Positions 45,409 to 54,727 of a stretch of DNA of 64,000 nt are shown here, one piece after another. The translations under genes and the position numbers were made by a program. The notes under the pieces were generated by a model. The model saw nothing but the letters and a program-made list of their open reading frames with translations. It had not been told where the DNA came from and searched no databases. Origin of the DNA: a virus (Duplodnaviria > Caudoviricetes); the IMG/VR virus record IMGVR_UViG_3300021387_000648, positions 64,001-128,000 of that record; one strand, 5' to 3'. Positions within the stretch are counted from its first letter, which is position 1. The number at the start of each line of letters is the position of its first letter.

Positions 45409-48400
45409 TTGCATAAGATCGGCTACATCACTGCAGAGCTGAGCCTGCTGTGCCAAGAGTATAAGACCGCTGAGGAGCCGAAGGCGTCCAAGTTGGGCGA
45501 GGAGATCCGGAAACTGGTAGAGTCCCTGACAGAGAGCTTTGATCAGGTTCGTAATGACGGCGTGTTTTTCGCAGGTGACTTGGACGACCATCACCACGAA
45601 TACGAAACCATCTATCCGGGCGATGAGCGCAAAGAGCACGATGACGCAGATTCCAGTGAATATGACTGGGTCACGATCAAAGGTACGCACGTTCCCCTTG
45701 ATGATGAGGGAAACATGACCGGCGAGGTTGCCAAAAAGATCAAGGCTACCTCAAAGGGACCGGCCAAAGCAGGACAGCGCGAACTGAATCTGAGCGACAG
45801 CACAAAGCCTAAGAGAACCGACTATGACTTGGACCCGGCAGACGGGCACCAAGAGTTCATAAGCAAGAATGTGGACAAGCTCATGCCCATCTTTGAAGAG
45901 AAGGGCATGGACGGCGTGAAAGAAGAATGGCTCAAGGCCAGACTTCAAAACGCGACCGGAAACCTCCGACGCATCAGTGATCAGGAAACCGACGAGATCC
46001 TGCAAAACGGCATTGACAAAGGTGTCGCCAGCATGTGGATCACCGAGTATGATCCGGGCGTCAAGGAAAAGCTTGCACATCAGCTGACCAAAAACAGCGA
46101 GATACATAACGCGGCATTGAACGTTATGTATAAGAACTATCAATACCACTGCAAAGCGCAGGGCGAAGAGGATCTGCCGTTTGAAGACTTCCTCGTTACA
46201 CCGGTTAAGATGTATAGAGGCGGAAGCGGCAAGGAGCACAAGAAGGCCCTTGCGTTTTCTTCTTATACGTTTGACAGAGCAGCTGCGGAAAAGTTCAAAG
46301 CCAGCAACGAAGGCCACGGAAGAGCCACTGACGACGGCGTGATTTACGAGGCGGAGATCCGCCCGATTGACACCTTCGGCTCTTTGAACACGAGCGGCGA
46401 GATGGAGATTTTTGTCCCCGGCTTTATTGCACCGAACGGAAGATTCGATGCGGACGAAGAGTCGGAAGGTGATTCCTCATCCAAAAACCACGGCAACACC
46501 AAACTGCCTTATGGCCTGTGCAGGAAGTACGGCATTGAGGTGCAAAACGGCTGGACCCCGAGGGAAGCGTGGGAAGCGCTGGAAGGGAAAGGCGTGAGCG
46601 CTGCTGAGGAATACAAGAAACTCCGCGAGCGTGGGAAAGCAGAACAAAAAACTGTCGTTTCCCCGGAAAGACACACTGCTGCGAAGAAGTCCTGCATAGA
46701 AAAGCAGACTGAAGTAGCCCAGCAGACGAAAGAGCTTAATCGAAAGATCATCGATGCGACGAACCGCCGAATTGATACAGAGTTTGGTCCTTTGTCACGT
46801 GCCAAAAGTGAACTTCTCCAAGCCGAACGCGGTGCCGTTGAAGCGAAAAGGAGAAAAGACCTGATCGCAGGCAGGACCAAAGAAGAGCTTGAATCGGAAG
46901 TGGATGCTCTGTATAAACGTGTTCGCGAGGCCCAAGAGCTTAATGAAAAGCTCTACGACAGGCCGGAACGCGGAACACCGGAACGCGAGGCATGGAACGC
47001 ATGGTGCGAGCAGCACGGCGGCAGAAGCGAGATTATCAAGAAAATCGACACTGAGCTCTTATCCAAGGACGGAGCTCTTGAAAAATACAACGCTCTGAGC
47101 AATATCCTCAATAACGACTACGACCGCTACGGTCCGGACGGCGGATATAAAGAGGCCAGCAGAAAAGTACGGGGCGTCAAGAAAAAGATTGCCGGGTACG
47201 AAAAAGAGGTTCAGGACGCAGAGGCCGAGGTTGAAGAATACAAACGGCAGATTGCGGAAGCGAAAGAAAGTCTGAAGCCTGTCCGGCAGGAATACTACGA
47301 TTCCGTCACGGAAAGATTTCCAACATTCGACGACTGTAAGACGGTCGAAGATATCGCGGAGCGGCTTTCTGCTGAGGGTGCCTTTGACGGGGACGACATC
47401 GTGTGCGACTTTGGACACAAGGTGTCTCTGGATACCGCAAAGGCGACAGCGAAGTCCTTTGTAGACTATATCAATAAGGTGCCTTTCATGAAAGGGCACT
47501 GCGGGCGTCTTGTGATTGAAGACATGACAGCCGAGGACGCAGGCGTCTACGGCTACTCACAGAGAGGCAAGGGCGTCCGCCTGAATAACCGGTTCTACGG
47601 AGACGAGCAGAAGTTTGAAGAGTCTTGGCAGCGGTGCATGACGGACAAGTTCCATCCGCCCGGACTCACAAAGGAAAGTGTTGTCCAGCATGAGTATTCT
47701 CATCAGTTGGACGACTACATGTCAGATGCCTTGAAGCTCCACAGCGGTAATTTTTCCACGCTGGTGATGAACGAGGTTATGTCCAAGCTCGGAATGAGCA
47801 GGGACGAGTGCAAGAGAGCCGTGTCCGGATACTCCGTCAACAACAAAAGCGGCGGTGACGTCGAGTGGTTTGCGGAAGCGATGTCCGAGTATACGGGCAG
47901 CGCGAATCCGAGACCGGTTGCAGTTGCGGTCGGCGAATGCGTTATGAAATACGCCCAGCAACTTCAGACGCAGCGTCATGACGCAGCTGATGACGATGGA
48001 CGGTGGGTAACCACAGAAAACGACCATCATGTGCATATCAATGAGCAGGGAATCCCGGACAAGGGAAATCCTTATGTGCTTTCCACCATGCGCGGCGAAG
48101 GTCCAAACCCGAAAAGCAGGGAAGAGCTTGTGAGGAACCGCCTGCGGAAAAGAAGCAGACAGGTGAAAGCCCTATTCCAGAGCCTTGAAGATGCGGAATG
48201 TGACGAAGAAGCCGCATACGATGAGAGAAACAAGGCGGACAATGCCCTTCGCCGTTTGAATCTCCAAAGGAAGATCGTTGCGAACGACAAGAAGATGCTT
48301 GAAGACCTCGGCTATGGCGAAGGCGATAAAGAGGTCATGGAGAGAGACCTTGAAGAGCTCAAATCCGAAATGGACAGCATTCTTCAAGGCAGGAGCAAGT

Positions 48401-49764
48401 GGAGCCTCCAAGACGAAGAGAAAAAATCATTTACTGAAGTCGAAGCCAAGTACAATAAGCTTGACTTTGCGATCAAGTCTTATGACGAGTGCTACGGTCC
48501 GGATGCGTTCTCTGAGGAAAAGGTGAGTCAGGCGGAGGAACACGCCGCCAAGGCCAGACAGAGGGCCCACGATGCAACCGTGAGACGAGAGAAGGCGCAC
48601 AAGGAAGCACACGCGGTTTCCGGAAAACTGGATCAGGAGCGGTTTCTTACAAGTGATGAGAGGTCATCCGCGATTCAGGAGATCCAGCATTCGTCCACAT
48701 GGGACGGAATGTCCGATGAGGCAAAGGCATCTGCGTTTGAAAGCCTGCAAGGGGCGTCTGATGCGCAGCTGCTTCTGTTGCAAAAGACAGCCGGTCATGT
48801 TAGAATCATGGACGGCGAAGGAAGGGTTTCTCCCTCCGGCGCTGATTCGTTCTATTCCAAAGGAACAGGGACGATCGTGATGTCGGCAGAGGACATGCGG
48901 AAGCCAAGTATCCTGTGGCATGAATACGGTCACTATCTGGATGACCCGGATCAGAGCGACTGCTATTCGCACAAGAAAAGAAACTTGTCCAGCGATACGG
49001 AATACAGGTCGTCTCTGTCGCAGGCCTTGTATGATGGAAGCGCGATGCACAGCAAAGAATCCGCAGCCGATATGAATAAGCTGCTGCGGGAGTCCGGCGT
49101 CGAAGACTACACAATCGAAGAGAGTCCTTACGGGCATTATCTGATTGTGAAGAATTCCGAAGGCGGGATGATAGAAGATGCCTACGACACGGCGTTCTTC
49201 AAGATTGCGTCTGCCGTGGACAGCCAGTTCAACAAGTTCCAGTTCGCTGACAGCGAGTACGACGACTATCTGAGGTCGATCGGCTGTCCGCTTTCCAGCG
49301 AAGAGCCAAAGTATGGCGACTACATAGAGTTCTATTATACGCCGAAGCGGAGGCTTCTCCGGGAACGTGAGAAACACAAGGGCGCAAGAGAAGAGTACAA
49401 TCGTCTGCATCGAGAATACAGAGAGAAGAGAGAAGCCGCGATTGCCAAGAACCCGGACGAGTACTACGACAAAACCCGGGAATACGAGGAGCGGTGCAGG
49501 CAGCGCGAGAAAATGATCGGTCCGGTTTCGGATATCATTTGCGGTATGTTCAACGGACGCGGACCTTGGGTTTGCGGCGGTCACAGTTCGGATTACTATT
49601 CCAGAAGCACGGCACCATACAGCGAGGCGGTAGCCAACTACCACCAGATGCGCATGATGGGCTGGACCGAAGGACTCAATCTCCTGAAGTCTATTGCGCC
49701 GAGTGTCCACAACAGTCTTGAAAAAGCCTATGACGAATGGCTTTGGAGGAATGTAGACCTATGA
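45409..49764 (+). CDS. polyvalent cargo polyprotein: ART-like + zincin + second HExxH module
   Basis: YRG/SSYT/EMEI; QHEYSH...EWFAEA; WHEYGH; internal RFDA and RHDA junctions. Confidence 0.75.
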   Translation: MHKIGYITAELSLLCQEYKTAEEPKASKLGEEIRKLVESLTESFDQVRNDGVFFAGDLDDHHHEYETIYPGDERKEHDDADSSEYDWVTIKGTHVPLDDEGNMTGEVAKKIKATSKGPAKAGQRELNLSDSTKPKRTDYDLDPADGHQEFISKNVDKLMPIFEEKGMDGVKEEWLKARLQNATGNLRRISDQETDEILQNGIDKGVASMWITEYDPGVKEKLAHQLTKNSEIHNAALNVMYKNYQYHCKAQGEEDLPFEDFLVTPVKMYRGGSGKEHKKALAFSSYTFDRAAAEKFKASNEGHGRATDDGVIYEAEIRPIDTFGSLNTSGEMEIFVPGFIAPNGRFDADEESEGDSSSKNHGNTKLPYGLCRKYGIEVQNGWTPREAWEALEGKGVSAAEEYKKLRERGKAEQKTVVSPERHTAAKKSCIEKQTEVAQQTKELNRKIIDATNRRIDTEFGPLSRAKSELLQAERGAVEAKRRKDLIAGRTKEELESEVDALYKRVREAQELNEKLYDRPERGTPEREAWNAWCEQHGGRSEIIKKIDTELLSKDGALEKYNALSNILNNDYDRYGPDGGYKEASRKVRGVKKKIAGYEKEVQDAEAEVEEYKRQIAEAKESLKPVRQEYYDSVTERFPTFDDCKTVEDIAERLSAEGAFDGDDIVCDFGHKVSLDTAKATAKSFVDYINKVPFMKGHCGRLVIEDMTAEDAGVYGYSQRGKGVRLNNRFYGDEQKFEESWQRCMTDKFHPPGLTKESVVQHEYSHQLDDYMSDALKLHSGNFSTLVMNEVMSKLGMSRDECKRAVSGYSVNNKSGGDVEWFAEAMSEYTGSANPRPVAVAVGECVMKYAQQLQTQRHDAADDDGRWVTTENDHHVHINEQGIPDKGNPYVLSTMRGEGPNPKSREELVRNRLRKRSRQVKALFQSLEDAECDEEAAYDERNKADNALRRLNLQRKIVANDKKMLEDLGYGEGDKEVMERDLEELKSEMDSILQGRSKWSLQDEEKKSFTEVEAKYNKLDFAIKSYDECYGPDAFSEEKVSQAEEHAAKARQRAHDATVRREKAHKEAHAVSGKLDQERFLTSDERSSAIQEIQHSSTWDGMSDEAKASAFESLQGASDAQLLLLQKTAGHVRIMDGEGRVSPSGADSFYSKGTGTIVMSAEDMRKPSILWHEYGHYLDDPDQSDCYSHKKRNLSSDTEYRSSLSQALYDGSAMHSKESAADMNKLLRESGVEDYTIEESPYGHYLIVKNSEGGMIEDAYDTAFFKIASAVDSQFNKFQFADSEYDDYLRSIGCPLSSEEPKYGDYIEFYYTPKRRLLREREKHKGAREEYNRLHREYREKREAAIAKNPDEYYDKTREYEERCRQREKMIGPVSDIICGMFNGRGPWVCGGHSSDYYSRSTAPYSEAVANYHQMRMMGWTEGLNLLKSIAPSVHNSLEKAYDEWLWRNVDL

Positions 49765-50084
49765 TGACAGAACAGAACGAACTAATCAAGCTGTTGAATG
49801 ACGGCTTCTTTAACGATGCTGAATTCTTCCAGAAAGCCTACATCGACAAAAAGGGCGTCATGGATATGGACGGCGTCACGAGGCTTTGGGAGTCTTTCCG
49901 TGGCAGAAAGTACACGATGAAGTACTATATGGTCCACGGGAACACGATCCCAACCTGGGGAGTACCAAGCAGGTACAGAGACCCCGACGAAGCAGAAAAG
50001 GTTTACAAAGCCTGCCTTGAAGAAGGCGTAACTTGGCAGGAGAAGCTTAACTACAAGCCTCCGAAGTCAAACGAGGTTTGGTAA
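49761..50084 (+). CDS. hypothetical protein (possible immunity)
   Basis: Coupled to the polyprotein stop. Confidence 0.6.
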   Translation: MMTEQNELIKLLNDGFFNDAEFFQKAYIDKKGVMDMDGVTRLWESFRGRKYTMKYYMVHGNTIPTWGVPSRYRDPDEAEKVYKACLEEGVTWQEKLNYKPPKSNEVW

Positions 50085-50103
50085 ACCGCATAATATTGTG
50101 AAG

Positions 50104-50134
50104 AAGCACTGAGCAAAAAGCTCGGTGCTTTTTT
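50104..50134 (+). terminator. intrinsic terminator
   Basis: AAGCACTGAGC-AAAAA-GCTCGGTGCTT followed by a T-run. Confidence 0.7.
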
Positions 50135-50202
50135 AATACCCGCGAGATGCTTAAAAGCATTTTGCGAAAGCTGCACTGTTTCTTGGAAGGAGAGATGCAG
50201 AG

Positions 50203-51774
50203 ATGATACTTCACGGAGTCGTGCGCTACGACAGCATGCCCATGCCGAGAGCGTACTTCACCCCCGAAGGTTACCTGAAGGACAGGCCGATTCTGACCTC
50301 CTGCGGAATCTTCGAGTATACAAATCCTGACGGGAGCGTCAGGCGGGAGCTTCGGCTTCCGGAGGATGTTTTTTCTCCTGAAAGCCTGAGAAGTTACATC
50401 GGAAAGCCTGTTGTTCTGACTCATGAAGCGGGGCTGATTGACAAGAACAACGTGGCTGAGAATCAGATTGGAACTATTCTCAGCGAGGGAGAGCGAAGTG
50501 GCAATGACGTCAAGGCCGAGATCATCATCCATGACACGGACGCTATGAAGTCTGCTGGGCTGAAAGAGCTGAGTCTTGGATATAACCTCGATTTGGATGA
50601 AACGCCCGGCGTCTGGAATGGTCAACGCTACGACGCTGTTCAGAAGAACATCCGCATTAACCACCTTGCTCTTGTTCGCGAGGCGCGAGCAGGAGAACAG
50701 GCGCGGCTGAATCTTGACAGCCGCGACCAAGTAAATTTGCTCAAAGGGGGAAAAAGAATGAGCAAGAAAACCAAGCGCGTTCCTCACGCTGATGCCGTTC
50801 TTACTGACGAAGAGCTGGATAAGGCGCTTGAGGAGTACGACAAGAAGTACGGAAAGACCGAACCCGCCGCCCAGACCGACGCAGACGATGAAGAGGTTGT
50901 CAAAACCGAAGAAGTCGTCGAGCAGCCCGCCCCGTCTGATGACGTGGAAGCAACGGTCGAGGCAGTCAAAGCACGCCGCGACAAGCGCGACGAAGAGGGA
51001 GATCCGGAAGACGTCGATGCTGCAATGGGCATGATTGCACATCAGGACGAAGACATCCAGACCCTTATTGATCTGGTGGACACCCTCCGTGCCCGTCTGG
51101 ACATGACCAAAGCCGCCAATTCCGACGAGGAAGAAGTCCCGGCTGAGGAAGAGCCCACCGAGGAAGTTCCCGAGGAAGAAGTCAAAGCGGACGAAGTCGA
51201 CGACCTCGAAACCCTGAAAGGCAACGAGGACGAAGACGACGTCGTCGAGGAAGAGATTCCGGAAGACGAAGAGGAAGAGCTTGTGACCGACGCCGACGAG
51301 GACGAAGAGGTTATCCCCGAAGACGAGGAAAACCCTGACGAGGACGACACCGTGGACAAGGAAGAAGAGGAAGATCTGTTCGCCGAAGACGGCGAGGATT
51401 GCGAAGACTACACCGGCAAGCGTATGAACGCCGACTCGGTGGAGCGTCTGGTCAACATGAAGATCGCCCTTGGCGAACTCGGTGACAGAGTCGGAATCAA
51501 GGGTCTGGCCCGCAAGCCGGTCCGTGACGCGAAGATCGCAATTATCCGTGCAGCAGGTCTTAAGACCCGCATGGACGGAAAGAGCGACCGTTACGTCAAC
51601 GAGGCCTTTGGTCTTGCCCGCGACGTGATCAAGGCCCGCAGCCGCAAGACCACTGCGGACCAGAAGAGACAGATGTACAACAAGAAAACTGCACACATGG
51701 ACTCTGTTGACGGCGGATCTGCCTTCGAAGCCCGCGAGCGCATGATCGCCAAATACAACAAGGGTCGCAAGTAA
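50203..51774 (+). CDS. DUF2213 prohead protease/scaffold
   Basis: TPEGYL, GIFEY, R.PEDVF, KELSLGY, INHLALV..AR.G; long acidic linker. Confidence 0.85.
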   Translation: MILHGVVRYDSMPMPRAYFTPEGYLKDRPILTSCGIFEYTNPDGSVRRELRLPEDVFSPESLRSYIGKPVVLTHEAGLIDKNNVAENQIGTILSEGERSGNDVKAEIIIHDTDAMKSAGLKELSLGYNLDLDETPGVWNGQRYDAVQKNIRINHLALVREARAGEQARLNLDSRDQVNLLKGGKRMSKKTKRVPHADAVLTDEELDKALEEYDKKYGKTEPAAQTDADDEEVVKTEEVVEQPAPSDDVEATVEAVKARRDKRDEEGDPEDVDAAMGMIAHQDEDIQTLIDLVDTLRARLDMTKAANSDEEEVPAEEEPTEEVPEEEVKADEVDDLETLKGNEDEDDVVEEEIPEDEEEELVTDADEDEEVIPEDEENPDEDDTVDKEEEEDLFAEDGEDCEDYTGKRMNADSVERLVNMKIALGELGDRVGIKGLARKPVRDAKIAIIRAAGLKTRMDGKSDRYVNEAFGLARDVIKARSRKTTADQKRQMYNKKTAHMDSVDGGSAFEARERMIAKYNKGRK

Positions 51775-51794
51775 TTAATAGGGAGGATATCCAA

Positions 51795-52283
51795 ATGAGT
51801 GCACAGACTGTTTATCGCTTCACTACCCCTGTCGGTCAGGCCGGTGGCATTTACGACCTGGCCCCGTATGAGGTCAACTCTTTCATGAATGAATCTGCTG
51901 ACGGCGCTCTGAAGTTCGGCATGGGCGTCGTGCAGGGTGCCAATCCCGGTAAGGGCATTGCCGTTCCTACTTCCACTGCCACTGCCGCCAAGTTCGAGGG
52001 CATTGTCACCAACCGCCGCACTTCCGAAAATGCCATGTTCGGCGGCGTCGAGCTGAATCAGCACATCACCGTTGGCGTTATGCGCTATGGCCGCATCTGG
52101 GGCCTGCTTGCCGCAAACGAGACTCCGGCTTACGGTGATCCCGTGTATCTGGTCGTCTCCGGCAATGACGCCGGTTGCTTTGCAAAGACCAGCACCAACA
52201 ACGTTGCTGTGAAGGGCGTGTTCCTCAGTGGCGCTCAGGACGGCATTGCGCTGATCGAGCTCTTCCACCAGGCTCAGGCGTAA
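51795..52283 (+). CDS. head decoration/cement protein
   Basis: Position between scaffold and MCP; FGMGVVQG...GRIWG. Confidence 0.7.
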   Translation: MSAQTVYRFTTPVGQAGGIYDLAPYEVNSFMNESADGALKFGMGVVQGANPGKGIAVPTSTATAAKFEGIVTNRRTSENAMFGGVELNQHITVGVMRYGRIWGLLAANETPAYGDPVYLVVSGNDAGCFAKTSTNNVAVKGVFLSGAQDGIALIELFHQAQA

Positions 52284-52312
52284 TCCGAGAATTGACAGGA
52301 GGATAATGGATC

Positions 52313-53350
52313 ATGAAAAAGACTCACAACAAGTACGACCGTTTTGAGGTCGATACCATCAAGCGCTCCGCAATCCCTGCGTCGCTGCTCCAGATTCAAG
52401 GTCTCGCTCGTTTCGACAGCGCAGACGCCGCTTCCATCTGGTTTGCCCGCGAACTTGACTATGTCAAGAGCGAAGCCTACGAAGCCGAATACCCCGAGCT
52501 GATGGCCTATCAGCTCTTCCCGATCGACACCGAGGCGGATGCTGGTGCAGAAACCATCACCTACTACGTGTACGATAAGGAAGGCACTGCGAAGGTCATT
52601 GACAACTATAGCACTGACCTTCCCCGTGCTGATGCCTTCGGTAAGGCCAACACCGCGCAAGTGAAGTCCATCGGCAGCAGCTATGGCTACAGCGCTCAGG
52701 AAATGCGTGCTTCCCGTATGGCAGACAAGCACCTCGATGCCCGCAAGGCTGACAGTGCCCACTACCAGATCGATGCCGAGATCAACCGCATTGCATGGGC
52801 TGGCGATCCCGGCCACAACCTGCTTGGCATTCTGTCCGTTGGTCAGAATATCCCGACCTACACCATCACCGCTGGCGGCACCACCGGCCAGACCTCTTGG
52901 CTGAAAAAGGATGCTGATGAGATCCTTCAGGACCTCATGAACATGTATTCTCAGGTCTCCAAGACCACCAAGAACATCGAGCGTCCGGATACGCTGGTCC
53001 TGCCGACCAACATTCACACCGCCCTGTCCATGAAGCGTGTCGGCGATACCGCCGATACCGTTCTGACCTTCATTCAGCGCAACGCTCCGTGGCTGAAGAA
53101 GATCGAGATGGCGGCTGAGCTGAACGACGACGAAACCAGCACCAACCCCTATGCCGCTGCGTCCAACGGCTCCGGCGTTGCTCTCCTGTACACCAACAAC
53201 AAGAAGAAGCTCGCGCTTCACAATCCGATGCCCTTCATTCAGTACCCGGTGCAGGTCCGCAACCTCGAAACGCTCGTTCCCTGCGAAGCTCGTACCGCAG
53301 GCATGATCATTCCTTACCCGATGTCCGCGCTGATTGCGATCGGCGTGTAA
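52313..53350 (+). CDS. major capsid protein (DUF2184 family)
   Basis: FARELDYV, DLPRAD, NRIAWAGD, PDTLVLP, ARTAG..I.YP; followed by a terminator. Confidence 0.9.
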   Translation: MKKTHNKYDRFEVDTIKRSAIPASLLQIQGLARFDSADAASIWFARELDYVKSEAYEAEYPELMAYQLFPIDTEADAGAETITYYVYDKEGTAKVIDNYSTDLPRADAFGKANTAQVKSIGSSYGYSAQEMRASRMADKHLDARKADSAHYQIDAEINRIAWAGDPGHNLLGILSVGQNIPTYTITAGGTTGQTSWLKKDADEILQDLMNMYSQVSKTTKNIERPDTLVLPTNIHTALSMKRVGDTADTVLTFIQRNAPWLKKIEMAAELNDDETSTNPYAAASNGSGVALLYTNNKKKLALHNPMPFIQYPVQVRNLETLVPCEARTAGMIIPYPMSALIAIGV

Positions 53351-53370
53351 TCGGCACAGAGTAACCGCAA

Positions 53371-53406
53371 GGGGCTTCTCCACCACAGGAGAGGCCCCTG
53401 TTTTTC
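53371..53406 (+). terminator. intrinsic terminator after the MCP
   Basis: GGGGCTTCTCC...GGAGAGGCCCC followed by TGTTTTT. Confidence 0.65.
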
Positions 53407-53437
53407 TACAGACTTTTTAGAAGGAGAGACGAAACAA

Positions 53438-53776
53438 ATGATCATTACCAACACTACTGATAGAGCAGGAAACGCCCCGAAAGTGATCGGCTTTGGAAGC
53501 AGGCTCTTTGCCCAGCCCGGTGAAACCATCCACATTCCCGACCGCATCGCCTACTGCGACGAGTATGACGAAGACGGCAACAAGACCGGCAGAAAAGTCA
53601 TTCTTCCCGGCATTCTGGCGCAGGCCAAGCTCGGCATGCTGACCTACGAAGAGACCAAGGCCGCAAAGGCTGAGCCCGTCAAGGAAGAGGCTCCTGCCGA
53701 AGAGGCTGCTGCTGATGCTGCGGCAGAACCGGAGAAGAAGCCCGCACGCGGAGGCCGGAACAAGAAGGCTGAGTAA
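53438..53776 (+). CDS. hypothetical head-associated protein
   Basis: Position after the MCP. Confidence 0.65.
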   Translation: MIITNTTDRAGNAPKVIGFGSRLFAQPGETIHIPDRIAYCDEYDEDGNKTGRKVILPGILAQAKLGMLTYEETKAAKAEPVKEEAPAEEAAADAAAEPEKKPARGGRNKKAE

Positions 53777-53788
53777 AGGAGAACGTCC

Positions 53789-54223
53789 ATGACTGCATTC
53801 ACCGAAGAGGAATACACGAAGTTAATAACGATGATCAAAACCATCGGCGGCGGTGAGTTTAACTCCATGTCCGAAGAAGATTTGAGGTTCTGGATTGACT
53901 TTGTGCAGCCGATGGTGAGCAGAAAGCAGTTTGGAAACCTTTACTATCAGGCGATTACTCTGATGATCTGCCACAAGCTGAAAATGGCCGGATTCGGTGA
54001 AAACACACTCGGCGACCTTGGAAAGATCGGAAACGCCTATGCAGCGTCCAGTGTGTCTGACGGCGGAAGCTCTATCAGCTTTGCAAGCGCCGGTCCGGGC
54101 AACCTGCAAGTGGATGCGGAATACACCATGACGATCTACGGCACGCAATTCCTGCAACTGAGACGCATGGCGATTGTTCCGATCCACGTCTCCGGAGAGG
54201 AGAACTTCTATGGCAGGGTTTGA
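53789..54223 (+). CDS. head-tail adaptor (DUF4054-like)
   Basis: L.ICHKL...S.SDG.SSISF...T.YG.QFLQL. Confidence 0.75.
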   Translation: MTAFTEEEYTKLITMIKTIGGGEFNSMSEEDLRFWIDFVQPMVSRKQFGNLYYQAITLMICHKLKMAGFGENTLGDLGKIGNAYAASSVSDGGSSISFASAGPGNLQVDAEYTMTIYGTQFLQLRRMAIVPIHVSGEENFYGRV

Positions 54224-54722
54224 GGCAATCTACAAACAGACGGTAACGCTGTTCAATCGTGTTCCGATAGCCCATGACAGCGGAGAATTCATCTGGTACC
54301 CGACTGTGCTGGAAGGTGTGCACCTTGTCACGGACGAGTCCGCATCGTGGAACAACAACGGCGGTATGAAAAACGACAATGTGCGGCTGCATATCCGGTA
54401 TCTGGTGTCCGGGACCGACGCGCTGATCAAGTGCAGAAACCCGGGTGAAACAGAGGTTGTGCAGAAGAAGTACTATCTGCCGAAAGAGTACCGGCGTCTG
54501 CTGGCTCCGGAAGAGGCTATCACCTTCCAGTTTGGGAACAAGTACTACGACTTCTTCATAGAGGGCGAGCTTGACGAGGATTTTCCCGTTCCAATCAGTG
54601 ATGTGTCCTTTACAAGGCAAGGATTTCTGGACTACATGAACACGCGATACGACCATGTGTTCGTGATTACGTCAGTATCCCGATACAATCTGATCCCGCA
54701 TTTCGAGATCATGGCGAGGTGA
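54210..54722 (+). CDS. head closure protein (putative)
   Basis: TVTLFN...HFEI; synteny. Confidence 0.6.
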   Translation: MAGFEAIYKQTVTLFNRVPIAHDSGEFIWYPTVLEGVHLVTDESASWNNNGGMKNDNVRLHIRYLVSGTDALIKCRNPGETEVVQKKYYLPKEYRRLLAPEEAITFQFGNKYYDFFIEGELDEDFPVPISDVSFTRQGFLDYMNTRYDHVFVITSVSRYNLIPHFEIMAR

Positions 54723-54727
54723 TAAGC

